A stretch of DNA of 64,000 bases from Octopus bimaculoides (lineage: Eukaryota): contig NC_068990.1 of the NCBI RefSeq assembly GCF_001194135.2, positions 31,512,757 through 31,576,756 of the forward strand, read 5' to 3'. Positions 37,207-50,521 of the stretch are shown piece after piece (the stretch's first letter is position 1; each line of letters begins with the position of its first letter). The notes beneath the pieces were generated by a model. It had not been told where the DNA came from and searched no databases. It saw only the letters and a list, made by a program, of their open reading frames with translations. The position numbers and the translations under genes were made by a program.

Positions 37207-39299
37207 GAAACAAATACTATAGAAGAATATTTTTTAAATATGTAATAGAATTGAGAAGCAATATAAAAAGGAGCAGAATGTAGTAAAAATTAAAGGGAAA
37301 ATAAATATATAAAGAACTCACAGACTATAAGATCATTTGAGAAATACTGAAATTTCAGAATTGTTATTGAAAGGACAGAACTAATATTGTCATAATTAGG
37401 AACGTTTGAAGACAATAGAATGATCTTCTCCCAATATGTTGTTGTACAAATATCCAGTTTCAATTAAAATAGAGAGCATGACAATCAGGCTAATCTTCAA
37501 TGGAATAAAACTCCCAAAGATAAAGAAAGAGTAATTATAGATAAATAGATTGTCCTATCTACAGGTCATATATCTCAATCCATGATCTATTTTCATCCAC
37601 TTCCCCTAGATTTTCGATATTCCATTTAGTCTTTATACCTTTTCATTTATGTTTCCTATCACTTTCTATTCTTTTCACTCCTTTGTTTTCACAAACTGCT
37701 CTCTGCTGCTTTTCTTTACTAAATACCAATAAGCAAGCTTAAATGTTTAATCACATATTTATATCTATACATATATTTAAAAAGCTTTCTGATTTTTAAG
37801 AAATACTTTTATGAATATAAAGCATATCATCTAATCCAACCTTTGATAATAACATTTATAAATAAATAATTGATATATGTTATAATGCAGTTCATTGATT
37901 CCACTTATGATAGGAGTATGAGTATAGCAACTGAATTCGATCAGAATATTGTGTATGCAATTTATATATTCATGGTAAACCTTCTAAGTATTTTTCTTAG
38001 CTATAACTGAATTATCACTGAATTGTTTTCATATATTAATACTTACATGTTATTTCAGTATTTTACTGTACTTTCATAAGGGCTTGTAAGGAATCACAGA
38101 ACATTATTAATTTCCTTTAGATTTAAGACAGTAGGTAATTAAAGATTTTTCTACACGTAAGAACAGGAATAAATTATATTATATAGCTTTTCATTTATTT
38201 CCTACATGCTAACAGAAAATAGACCTCTTCTGATCTTGTTGGTAGAATAAATACGTAGCACATAGGTTACAAGTACAGGTTAAAATAGGAAAGAATTCAA
38301 ACATAATCAGTGTAACAGATTGCCATATACATGAACAATCAAGAGAAATTTTACATAATTGTAATTGGAATTACATGTACACATTTTCAGGTTTTACAAA
38401 GTTAACTGAATAATTTCTGTTGTAGAATGTGTTGATATATATTTTCTTATAAAATCAATGTAGACATTATTCTATCAACACTAGATGAAGCTAATGTCAA
38501 GAGGGAGAGAAGAGGCGGGGAGGGAAAACATAAAATTTGACAGCCCAGCCATTACTAATAGTGAGTTCTCTTTCATAGCCAAAACATGGCTCACAGATTA
38601 CTCATCTCTGATTGGTTAAAATAACATGTGACAATAGTGAAACTAAACTGAGCTTGCTACAAGAGAATCCCATTTAGTATAGTCACATGGCTATAATTTT
38701 CACTGAATATTCACTAAGAAAGCAAGTTTTAGAATTTACATGGCACACATGAGATTTTAAAGAAAATTATATTGTCATTCATTCACCTACATAATACTGA
38801 TGCAAATATTGAGAAACAGTGAGGTTAAAGTTAAAATATTCATTCATACTTTCATTTACATAAAACACAAGATATCAAACAATGAAAGACCTTACATGTG
38901 ATGAAAAGAATAATAAAAAATTTTGATTATTCTTTCTTTTTTTCAATATATTTTTGGACTAATAAACTATAACAACAGCAATAACAACAATAATGAGCTT
39001 TTATTCTATTGTTACAAAGATCACGAATGAGAAAGGATATTACAAATATCGGTTGAGATTTACAATGAAATCTGATGAACTTGTTATACAAATATTTATG
39101 ATGAAATCTCAAGAGGAGGACCATTGCTTAAGGCCAGTCAAAGAATCTACAGGCTCAGGATTACCCAAACTAAAATGGGTAAGTACTCTTTCTCAGATGT
39201 CATTCTCTAGCCTATAAACATATGCTAACAGAAGGCTTATTCAAGTAGATAATGCTTACTATTTTCACCAACATTCTACAAATTTACTTCTTCCCCTTC

Positions 39300-40620
39300 G
39301 CACGCTCCTTCCTATCACCAATCCATACTTGTTTCCAATGATGACCTTCTTCCAGTTCCTGTCAATTAAATTTCTTTCACAAAGCACTGGATATACCCTG
39401 ACATTTTGAAGTACACATTAGTGCGTCACATTCCCCCCCCCCAAAAAAAAACCCTCTGATCTAGCCATCTATTGACCTTTTGCTCTCACCTGTAACATCT
39501 CTCAGGTAATGGAGACAGCCATTAACAATGACATTTTCCAAAATCTCTCTCTCTCTCCTCACTGATCTCAGTATTGCTCCCCAAGAACCAGATCCACTGG
39601 CAGCCAACTTTCTTATGTCTCTTACCAATGGTTTCTTGCTATAGAGAAGTTTACTTCTCTCCTTTTAGTAGCATCCACTACACAGCTTCTTTCAATCTCT
39701 TTTACTATATAGACCCTAGGCAAAGGACAACTGACAGGCCTAAACAAAGTGGTGGGACAGTGTTCAAAATGGAGTTAGCTTATAGTCAGAGTTATTCCAA
39801 GGTTTAACTTTGTACACCACTCTCTTTCTTCTGTACATCAATGACCTACTTTTTGACATCCAACAAATATGCACTCTTATGCAGATGACATGATTCTTCA
39901 TTCTTCCTTAACTTACCCTAGTCATGTATCAACCACATGCAGCCTATATTCCTTCACACTAAATCTGCATTGATTCCATGAACAGTGACCTTGTAAGTCT
40001 TCTGTGAGGCTATGCCAATCTTGTTTCTATAGAAAAAACTCAACCACTGCTCATATCAAGAAATTATCACCAAACCATGTACCTACTAAACATGAACTGC
40101 ATTCAGATTGAGCCATAACAATCATTCCTAAATCTTGGGCCTCCCTATCATCAAGTATCTCTCCTGGCAAAAGCACATCCTTAACATAACAAAGAGAGTA
40201 TCCCAAAGACTAGCTCTTCTCTTCATGACCAGAAATTATTAACTTCCAACAGCTGCTAACACATTACAAGACTCAAGAGAGGACACAGTGGAGCTCTGGG
40301 ATAGTACTGCTGCTATGCACATAGGCATCCTGGACAGTATCCAGAAAAACGCCATCTGACTAAGAGGAATTCAATTATTAACAGACATGTTCCAGCCTTT
40401 TGCCCGTAAATATGCTATCTTCACTCTTTCTTTCCTACAATACTATAATGGCTTCTGTCCCTTAGAGCTGATTGGTTTTTATACCTCCGTCACTCAGGCA
40501 CCTCTGTTCTACTTATCTTTCTGGTGCATTCAACCCTGCACTAACCATCATGACCAGTTCTTTCTTCTCAGAACATTGGCTTTCAGGAATCTTCATCATA
40601 CTTGCCTTTCCTGCAGGTGT
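39300..40620 (+). mobile_element. CR1/L2-group LINE RT relic
   Basis: QG..L..TLFLLYINDLL, YADDM.LHSS, KTQ.LLISR, LSWQKHILNI.K..SQRL.LL, ILD.IQK.AI; many frameshifts. Confidence 0.7.
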
Positions 40621-41219
40621 TGATCTGCAACATTTTAAACCAAACATTAATGGTATCAAGCTAACTGATCTTGAAAGGCCTGCAAAAGATTTGGGCAATA
40701 CCTCTTTCTCCAAACTCAACAAGTGAAAAGACACACCCATAGTAGAGAAAACTAACTGATAGTGTGCACACAGTGGGAGTGAGTCTCAAACCACATTGTT
40801 CTGAAAGACACTTCTTAACTACACAGCCATATCTATACCTATATGCACTTGTATGTATGTGTGTGTATGTGTACAATTGTATTTAAGACAATTATGCACA
40901 CTCAGATGTCAATAGACCTTTGTTGCAGAAATTGTCTTGAGAGAAGAATTTTCCATGTATCAAAATACATCACTGGGCTACAAATGATGTAGGACACATG
41001 CATTTCTGCGTTGTTACGCATCATCAGCTATGGACATTGAATCAACCTTCATGGCCCACTAAGAAATAAATCGTTCTTATATTTAAGTAGTTGATGTATG
41101 CTAAGCTTGGTCAAGCTGGAATTAATTTCCATATCCAAATGTTCACTGATATATAATTGTGTACACACATATACAATTGTATGTATATATATATATATTT
41201 CAATCAACACTGCTTCATG

Positions 41220-41570
41220 TGTCTCAGTTCCACATAAAAAGCACCCAGTGTATTCTGTGAAGTGGTTGACATCCAGCTGTAGAGACTAAGCCAAAACAGA
41301 CTATGGAACCTGGTGCAGGCCCTGGCCTTGCCAGTTCCTGTCAAGCTGTCCAACGCATGCCAACATGCAAAACAGAGTTAAATGATGATGATGATGATGA
41401 TTATTGTTATTATTTAATGTCTGTCTTCCATGCTGGCATGGGATGGAGTTTTTGACAAGATCCTACAAACCGGAGTACTGTGTTGAGCTCCAATGTCTGT
41501 TTTGAGATGATTTCTACAGTTGGATATCTTTCCTCAGGCCCAATATTTTACAGAATGAATGTATTAGAAG
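41220..41570. mobile_element. Two RTE-type tails in tail-to-tail orientation
   Basis: Plus copy ends gcatgccaacatgcaaaacagagttaaatgatgatgat at ~41400. Minus copy starts tttaatgtctgtcttccatgctggcatggg at ~41412. Confidence 0.7.
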
Positions 41571-41649
41571 CATATTTTGTGACACTAGTAACTTGCAAGA
41601 CAAAGAAAAGATCTTTGAATAGTGTGATAGTAGAAAGGGAGGTGGCTTT

Positions 41650-42400
41650 ACACCAGATGTTGACAGGCTGAAGCATGACAGAAGGACAGGACAAGCACAG
41701 ATGTTTTTTCTATAGAGGAGATACATGGCTACCCTGCATTATATAAGGGTAGATGGGAGTAGCTGGAAAGAAGACAATGATGGTGGTGAGAAGGTGTCAG
41801 AGTGTACTCTCATGATACAAGAAGGTGAGTATAAGAGAGAATACAAAAAAATAATCAGAAAGTTTGGATGGATAAATTCATTAAGGTGTGAGAGGTGAGT
41901 GACAAATGGTTAGAGATGGGTGTAGAGTGAAAGTATGGAATGGAACAAGGGTGGTTGGTCTTAAATATCAGTATAGCAGGAGGAAGATGGAAAAAATAAG
42001 AATTGCTCAGGAAAGAGGAAGCGATAAATGGCATTACAAGAAGGGAAGAGAGCAACAACATCAGTATGTAGATCAGAAAATGTAGATGACATGCAGGGTG
42101 GAGGAGTTGGATAGAGCATGAGAAACAGATGTACAGTGGCAGAGATAGATGTGAGAGGTACATAGAGATGGCTATAGTGAGTGGTGGAGTCAGGGGCAGA
42201 TATGCCAGAGCATACAAATGAAAGCAGATAAGAGAAGGTGTTAAAGATATGGTAATAGCAATCCTAACATGTATCACAAGGAGACACAGAAAGGGTGATT
42301 AGTACAAAAGAAAATGGGGATATTGGGAATGAGGGATGAGTTTTAAAAGGAAGGGGTCCCATGGAAAGGGGGTGGTAACTGGTAGCACAAAGGAGAATAA
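41650..42400 (-). repeat. Purine-rich copy (minus orientation) of the 12420-13330 repeat
   Basis: The reverse complement matches 13141-13310. Confidence 0.6.
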
Positions 42401-42569
42401 AAAATGTTCATATTCTGCTCATGATTATAGCTGCTTAATAGTGCTGAAGTTGGAAGAGTGAATAGGTGCTAGGAAGATGAGAGGCAAGGAAGGTTTGATG
42501 GGGACAGATTGAATGCAGGGAAAGGGACCGGTGAGTGTATAAGCATACATATAATGCTTTTAGGATCTC

Positions 42570-42960
42570 ACTACCATTGAAATGCATGTGTCTTCTCAAG
42601 AACAGTGAGTCACCAGTCATTTCAGCCCTGGGTCATCTCCCCAAGAACCTCAACTTCATCCTATATCCTTCTGAGTTTCCATATTCCTCACTGTGCTTCC
42701 AGAAACCGTTTTACTGAGATGGGCAGGTCTTCTCAATTACTGCATATCACAAGTCATCTTGGTCCTCTGTCCTCTTCTCCATGAGGTCCTGAGATCAGCC
42801 TTCACTAACTCAACCGATATCTTCTTGAGTCTTCATCTTCTGCAAGCACCATCCACATTAAGTGATATGCATATAAATGACTCGATGCCCTGAAACTGCC
42901 CTTTCAACTTTGTTCTACTATACCTGAATCAGCTTGTCCACTACATTGCCTGTAACCAAC
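42570..42960 (-). mobile_element. RTE ORF2 C-terminal relic(s)
   Basis: Minus strand LNVDGAC.R.R.KK...ELVKADLR, with EKT-ending RTE C-terminal motifs occurring twice. Confidence 0.55.
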
Positions 42961-43077
42961 TCTTATTTCTATGGATTCTGTATCCCTGCACTTAACATTG
43001 AAGTTTAAGCACTAGGTTTGGTCTAAGCACTTACTGTATGTATCTCTTATATTATATGTCTTTTGACAGTTTCTTTC

Positions 43078-43119
<42 letters not shown>

Positions 43120-43499
43120 TCACACACAGGCACACATGCATACAAGATACTGTCACAACTCATGGCTAAGCAGTACTGTAATTTAACTACTAGGTCAACT
43201 CGATAATGATTTTTTAATTTAATTTGAAGCCATAAAATTGCAAGAGATGGGGACCATTGAAAAGAAACTTCTACAGTCGTTGACAAATTCTTTTTGCAGT
43301 TTTCTTTTTCATTATTTGAGGATGCACACAGTTATTAATAAAGCTAATATGGTATACAACTTAAATTTATCTCACACTATACAATTGTATGTATGCATGC
43401 ATACATATAATTGTATACAGATATGTATACCTACTTACATACATACATACATACACATATATATATAAGTAATGAGCTATATATATATATGTGTGTGTG

Positions 43500-43534
<35 letters not shown>

Positions 43535-44011
43535 TCAGACACAGAGCTTATTATTTATATGTATATAAGTAATGGGCTAAACAAATGCTGTGCTGGCAAG
43601 AACTTTTTGCTCAAATTCACCGTATTACTGAAGATAACAACTTGGGAATGTATGCCAAATCTTCAGTATCATGATGAAGTATAGCAATAATTTTTTTACT
43701 ATTGTTTGTTTAACTCATTACCTATCATACTAACAATAAACATTAATAGCCATATAGAAAATGTATCTTAATTTGTGCATGGTAAGCTAATTTGCATATT
43801 AGAGTTAATTATTCAATTTACTAACTCATCGATGCAATGTGAACATTAAAAAAAATACACAGAGATATGCAGGCACATACTGACACATGCAGCCCATATT
43901 CCCCACCACACATATGAACATGAGCACTTATGTTAAGTTTTGGCACATAGTTTTGTGAAGGTTATATTGGCAGATAAATTTATTGAATTCAAACTAACAA
44001 ATCTTTTTATA

Positions 44012-45288
44012 CAGGGTGGGGCATAAATACTGTTACAAAATAAAACACAGATTTATCCCGACAAAAATTTATTTAACAACTCACTATTACAAAATATGCT
44101 TTGCAAATGCCCAAGGAACAATATGGTGTAACTTTTATTCAAAATGTTTACCTCGTGCCTTCACAACACTACGAAGTCTTTTTGGGAAGTCATCTATAGC
44201 AGCACGCACAACATCTAAGGGTATTTTATCCCAGCACTTGGTCAATTCTTTCTTTAGAGCTTCAATATTTTAGCAAGGAGTAGAGCAGGCTTCATTCTCC
44301 AGAATTGACCACAAAGAATAATCAAGAGCGTTAAGATCAGGTGATGAGGGAGGCTGATCCAGGACGGACAGTTGTCTCTACACCACTTTCATGTTAACCA
44401 AGACGTGTGGCTCGTCGCCCCATCTTGTTGGAAAGTCCAAACTTCATCACCGTACACCAAATTGCACCTTGGTATCAACGTGCCTACCAGAATGTCCTCG
44501 ATGTATCGTTCTTTGTTTATCTTGATTCCTTGAGGGACAAAAACAAGTGGAGTTTTCCCTCTTTCAGAAATGGCTGCCCAGACCATCACTGATGCTGGTT
44601 TTTGGGTTCTGAAAACCTTTCCTGCATTACCAGGTATTGCCTCAATACTTTTAGCAAGGATTCGGTCATTTTGATGATTGTGAGACTGTTGAACTGAGAA
44701 TAACTTTTCCTCACTAAAGATGATGTTACGGAGCATGCCATCTTTAATACGGTTCAACAAGAGTCTGCTTCTGCTGAGTCTCTTTTCAATTGTGGGCGTG
44801 GAGAGAAGCTGTCTCTTTTGGAGTTTATAGGGTGACAACTTTAGGTCACTTTTGCATATCCTCCACATAATCCTTGGCGATGTTTGTGCTTCTTTTGCCA
44901 TTTTCCTCATGGATCTTCTTGGATTTCGTCTGATTTTTTCCCTAACATTTTTGATGAGTTTAGGTGTTCTGGAGGTGCGGAGACGGCGTGATCTTTGTCT
45001 AACTTTGATCGAAGAAGTTTCTTGGTAACAATCAATCGTCTTTTTTATCAACATTCTGTTAATTTTGAGGTTTTTCCCTAACTTGAATATTTCAGGTGGA
45101 CGCATGCCCTTCTCATGTTGCTTTATGATGAATTTTCTCTTCCATTCAACAGACATTGCAACAAAATCTTAATATTTAGTTTCTGAAATACAAGAAAACA
45201 TATAATAAACTATCATTTAACTCAAATAAATCATTAGAATTCTTTGAATATTTTTGAACTTTTGTAACAGTATTTATGCCCCACCCTG
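44012..45288 (-). mobile_element. Full-length 1277-bp maT (DD37D) Tc1/mariner transposon, inactivated
   Basis: Perfect 29-bp TIRs cagggtggggcataaatactgttacaaaa with TA TSD. ORF 45156-44389 encodes HTH, IIFSEEKLF (D1 changed to E), PASVMVWAAIS..GKTPLVF and FQQDGATSH, then a stop, a ~13-nt deletion, and PSSPDLNALDYSLWSILE..KHFE*. Confidence 0.95.
44389..45156 (-). pseudogene. maT transposase, truncated open part (255 aa)
   Basis: ORF track entry; premature TGA after SHTSWLT; the C-terminus continues in a shifted frame to ~44140. Confidence 0.9.
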
Positions 45289-47109
45289 TATATATGTAGT
45301 GTATCTGTGTTCTCTTAATCTCATGGTGAGCCATAAGATTTTCGATAAATTGAGTCTGATGACCCAGTTCTGATGTTCTGAGGAAATAATTTTGCATTTC
45401 CTCCTTCTTGCAATTTTATGGTTTCATACTTAATTAAAAAATTATTATTAAGTTGACCTAGTAGTTAAGTTACAGGACTACTTGGCCATGAGCTGTGACA
45501 GTGTCTTGTAGATAGAATATTATATCTGTAAAAGGTTTCACGGAGCTTGTAATTTTAGGTTTGTATAGGTTTTCCTTTCTAGATTTGTTACATATTTTTG
45601 CAAGCTGTTTGTTACATATTTTTGCATACCATTAACTAAAAGCATCATTAATAATTTGTAATTGTGGTGCAGTTATTATAATTTTTGTACCATTTCCTTC
45701 ATTACATCTATAATAGAAAATTTTCATCACTACTAAACTTTTATAAACATATACATAGTATCTATGTGTATTTAGTCTCTTCATGAACTTAGAACCACAA
45801 GTGCTCAGAACATATTACTCAAGAATAAATAAATGGAGGATAGATTTTAACCCAGAAGTATTTATCTTGTGTCAGACTGAGATTATTCTTTATTTATATG
45901 CTGACCATAACTACAGATGAGAGCTGCTTCCATTTGTTTTCTCATAACTTTCTGAAAAATGTATATTTTTTAATTTAACATTGCAGAAATACATTTTCAA
46001 GGGTTTAGATTACAATTGAGGCATTTAGTAACAGAGTGTTGTAAGTGCCAACCTGGCCATTTTCAAGGATAGTATATCATTTTCTTTGTCTCAAAGTCTA
46101 GAATCCTAAAAAGTTGGGAGGAAGAACAAGTGAGGCTTGCAATAAGGTCAAAAATTTGGCTGAAAAAAAACCCAAACTCAGACCAGAGAGTTTAGTAACA
46201 CACCATCGTAAGCACACAGACTCAGTCAATAACTTTAGCATGATCCCTGGATCATTTTACGAGTCGTTATGGCTCATTTTCTAATATTCCTCGTTACTGT
46301 CATAATGATAATAGGTTATTATCTAACAATCTTGTCTTACTTACCTCTTAAAGTTACTTACCTTGGTATATTAAAACACAAACAATACCTTTGGGTGAGT
46401 GGGGGGTCTCTGTATGTTTTTTCTAGGTATTATAGCTAAAATATGCAATGTGATATACCGCTTCATGGTACCGGCATATTCTACAAAATGAGAAAGACGC
46501 AGTCATTGTTTCATCTTTCAGATGAATACATAAATAAATAATTTTATATAGGTGGAATGATTAGAGAAGGTATTCGCAGTCATTTTAAGACCAAAACCAG
46601 CTTCCTAACTTCATTCCTTGCTGAGATATCGCATTCTGAATGTCACAAGACATTGACTGCGTTTTTCTCAGTTTTTAAGTTGTGGCACTTATGATGGTCT
46701 ACTACTAAACGCCTCAATTATTTTGATATAATTGAAACAAAAAATTCTTTGAGGAGTTTCAAATCATTCTTTTCTTCCTGCCCTGATTTTGTTACCACCA
46801 AATGTTGCAACTTTAGCATTCTTAATTTTTTTTCTCTTTTTTCTTCTCAGAGTTATTTGTTTGAAACATCAACATTATACAATCTACAGTCTTGGAAATA
46901 TATTTCTGCAAAATGTCACTTAAAATTTGCATTATAAAGAGCATCATGAAGAAACAAAGTCAGGATGGGGAAATGAAAATGGTCCCAAATTTCTTCATAA
47001 TTTTGTTTGTTATGTTTATGAATTTGTGTTAAGATTCCTGATGTGAAACCATCTGTTGAAACAGATATTGTTATATTTCAGGATGGTCATTTATTTTCCT
47101 TTTTCTTTC

Positions 47110-47352
47110 TTTTTTTTTTCTTTGCCAAATAAGCACATGCACTATATATCTTTTGTCCGTTGCCCATAAATCTTTTGTTACACACCTGTGACCGCCTCAG
47201 TGACCCTTTCCATCTATGTGTGTCCTCCTGCTCTGCTTAATCCATTCTAAAAGAATGGATTTCCAGACAATGGACATAAGGTAAAATAAGAACAGTAATG
47301 AGTTAAAAACGAATATATATTGCATGTGTTTATTTGGCAAAAAAAAAAAAAA
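47110..47352. mobile_element. MITE with ~30-bp imperfect TIRs
   Basis: tttgccaaataagcacatgcactatatat / atatatattgcatgtgtttatttggcaaa, embedded in T and A tracts. Confidence 0.6.
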
Positions 47353-48125
47353 ATTACCATCCCAAACTATAACATCTATTTTTTATATTATCAGCATAAT
47401 CAAAATCTACACCCTTGAAAACATATATTTGCAAAATTTCATTAAAAAATATGCCTTTTTCAGAAAGTTATGAGCTAGGGGTAAGGCACTAGTCTGTAGA
47501 TATTGCCAATATGCTGTTATTTACAAGTTTCATATGTATACATGTATGCCTTGTGATTGGTGTATTGTCATTTCACAGTTATGTTTTAGTGCTTTGTTAT
47601 TTCATCTAGAGTGTGGTGTGGTGATAAATTCTCAGCTTGTGACCTTTATATTCGCTGTTGGATACATTTATCCTGTCACATACTTTTATTTCTCTTGTTT
47701 TGTTAAGAAAAACCGGAATAATATATTTTCTAATTATTTCTCTAAAATCTTCTCCTCCTTCCCTTCCTCATTCCACTGCTGCTGCCATTGTTGTCATCAT
47801 TGTTGCCACTACGTCATCGTCATCGTTGCCGTTACTGCCATCACTGCCACTACAACCATCAAAAACATCAATTTTATCACCATCCTCCCACTCCTTAACA
47901 CCATCAGTTCACAGTGTGTATATGTGTGTGGGGGAGGGTTCTATGCTAGTATGGGTTGAAAATGTCTGAAACTCAGTTTCGTTCTTCCCATTTCAATCAT
48001 AGACACTGCATTTTAGAAAGATGTAGCTTAGGTTTTACAGCTGAAAGTTTTTCCTATGACTGAAGAAAATCAAGCATGGTTTTTGAGTATTACAGTATAA
48101 AAGAAGTTACCTTCTTAAACATGGA

Positions 48126-48180
48126 ACCTTCATTACCACATACCTTCACTACCACATACCTTCCCTACCACATACCTTCA
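48126..48180. repeat. 16-bp tandem repeat, ~3.4 copies
   Basis: accttcattaccacat accttcactaccacat accttccctaccacat accttca. Confidence 0.9.
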
Positions 48181-49704
48181 CAATTAAAATTCTGTCTGAT
48201 GCCTATATGGAATAAAATCATGTTCAAGTCAAAGTAACTCTAAGTTGCTATAGTCACCTGAGTCTGTATGAGCCACAGTATTTTTCACTTGAGAAGGAAG
48301 ACCTGTGTTTTCAGAAAATCCTGAGATGATGAAAAAGGATTTTCACAAGGATGTGTGATTACTCTTTTTGATTTTGGGATGTGTAACTACCAGCATCTTT
48401 TCTTTTGGTGTAGTAAAACAGGACTTCATTTGTGGTCATATTACCTGAGGGAAAAAATATTAGTAAAAATGTATGGCATTACATTTGTAGCATGAGTAAT
48501 ATGACTTTATCTGTCAGCGATGGCAGAGAAGCCAGTAGAAATATCAGCTGTAATATCTGCAAGATGTTAATGAAGGGTGGATTTCAATAATAATGTCATC
48601 TGAACTGTACACTTATGTGAAAAATAAGTTGAAGGGTGAAAGGATATTAAACTGAAGAGTGTTTAAGTTGATAATGGAAAGTAGTTGTAAAACATGACCT
48701 GAGAAGAAATGATTGTGAAATTTGAGAATCTGAGTTTTACAGATATGATGGTATGAAATAAAGACAAACCAGGGCATACTATTATATAAACTCACTCAAC
48801 TAATAATAGCATGGAAAAAAAAATGAAAATTGTGATTATAAAGAGTGAGTTGGGATTTTTATGAAACAAATTTTTTAAGGTTGACAAAGAAAAACAAAAA
48901 TGTGTAAAATGGGTGTCTAACGTAGTGGTAAAAAGATTTCAATCTTTGCACCACTGCTTGAATATGGGTAGATATTATTAGGGTGAATACCCAAAATTTC
49001 TTGTTTGTAAAACTATATTGAAGCAAACATGAAAACAACATATCAACAAAATAAACATGGGAATGATAGATAACAGATAAAAGAACTCAAAAGAAATTAT
49101 TGTGATGTTACACTTTATCAAACTGTTCTCAGCAAATTTTAAAAATTCTAAATGACCAAAAATAATGTCAACTAGAAAGAACAATTATAAATATAGTAAC
49201 TTACATAAAGTACTTTTCTTTTTTAACATTTGTGTTATACTAATTTATGGTTTTATGTTTATGGGAAAGACACAACATGGATGAAGAGTAAGGAGAGGAA
49301 ACAAAAATATCTTTATAAACTTTAAAGTGGCCATATGAAACCATTTCATCAAATTACCAGAAACCACAGAAATAAAACAAACACAAAATGCAAGGTAAGT
49401 ACCTTCCAAGACCTTTATGCATTTCTTTCATCATGATCAAAACAAATCGATAGAAAAAATCCCAAACCTTAAAATCTTCAAAACCTAATACTATGAGAAA
49501 ACCTCAAATGTAGACCTGAAGAAATAATTGCATGTGGCCTGAAGAAATAATTGCACTCACCTATATATTCAACTTCTCATACCAACACATCCAACTCCTC
49601 AGAATTTGAAAACTGGACAAAATTAAGAGACTTTTAAAATGATATGAAATCCCAACCAAAGAGGCATTATGCTACTCTAGAAAATTATAGAAACATGATA
49701 GAGG

Positions 49705-49860
49705 GGCTCCACACAGTTTCCCTCTACTGTATTCACTCACAAGGCTTTGATAAGCCCAGGGCTAGAATAGAAGACACTTATCCAAGATGCTGCACAGTTG
49801 GAGTGAACCCAAAACCATATGGCTACAAAGTGAATGTCTTAACCACACAGCCATGTCTAT
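49705..49860 (-). mobile_element. Family-A SINE head and CORE fragment
   Basis: attcactcacaaggctttga..agaagacacttatccaag..aaccacacagcca. Confidence 0.75.
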
Positions 49861-49933
49861 GCTTACATATATATATTGTAAAGGTACATGATTTTATAAA
49901 TTCATACTTTTCACAAAGACAATACTAACATGA

Positions 49934-50150
49934 CTGGCAGGCAGTGAGCTGGAAGAAACGTGAGCTTGCCAGGTGAAATGCTTAGCAGCGTTTCGTTTGT
50001 CTTTACGTTCTGAGTTCAAATTTCACCGAGGTCGACTTTGTCTTTCATCCTTTCGGGGTCAATAAATAAAGTACCAGTTGCATACTGTGGTCGATCTAAT
50101 TGACTGGCACCACCCCCAAAATTTCAGGCCTTGCACCTAGAGTAGAAAAG
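49934..50150 (+). mobile_element. Family-B SINE with 13-bp TSD
   Basis: gagttcaaatttc..gaggtcgactttgtctttcatcctttcgggg. TSD aatactaacatga at 49921-49933 and 50151-50163. Confidence 0.9.
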
Positions 50151-50360
50151 AATACTAACATGAATAAAGTGGCATGACTTGCTGAGAACTTATTGCTGCA
50201 GGTATTTACAATATTTAAAACATATTGTTGAAAATATGATGAAAATACCTCTAACAATCAAGTTATTATTTTTTTTTTTTAATATTTTATTAGCCCACAT
50301 CATTATGTTTACGATTGTACATCCCTTAAATTAATGGAACAGCATTAGGAATCTTCTGTG

Positions 50361-50521
50361 CAGAGGCAGACCCAAGGGGGGGGGGGCTGAGGAGTACATC
50401 CCCCCCCCTTGAGAAATGAAGTGCATCCTTCTAAATAATGTTATTATGCTCTTTTCTCCTGGAATTATACTCCCTTCTGACCTTGTGTCCTCCCTTCGAA
50501 AAATTCCTGGGACCACACCTG
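50361..50521. mobile_element. PIF/Harbinger-like MITE
   Basis: cagaggcagacccaaggggggg left end and aaaattcctgggaccacacctg right end, resembling the common aggggcggatccagg..cctggatccgcccct termini. Confidence 0.45.

Larger units (their letters stand above)
43143..45508. mobile_element. TA-flanked element with ~103-bp imperfect TIRs enclosing the maT
   Basis: 43143-43245 (caagatactgtcacaactcatggctaagcag..taggtcaac..cataaaattgcaaga) is the degenerate reverse complement of 45406-45508; TA lies outside both ends. Confidence 0.6.

Noticed and set aside
38500-38625. GC-box (gaggcgggg) and reverse CCAAT (ctgattggtt) as a promoter
   Set aside because: Short motifs expected by chance; no linked first exon or CpG-rich region.
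38993-39217. 74-aa ORF ending near the donor tgg|gtaagt, with a CTGATGA..GAAA string at ~39073-39100
   Set aside because: No acceptor or homology, and the hammerhead-like string has no proper helix II.
46360-46500. Minus-strand exon MKRYITLHILAIIPRKNIQRPPTHPK
   Set aside because: The apparent acceptor is part of an inverted repeat (46485-46510 vs 46650-46675), most likely a MITE end.
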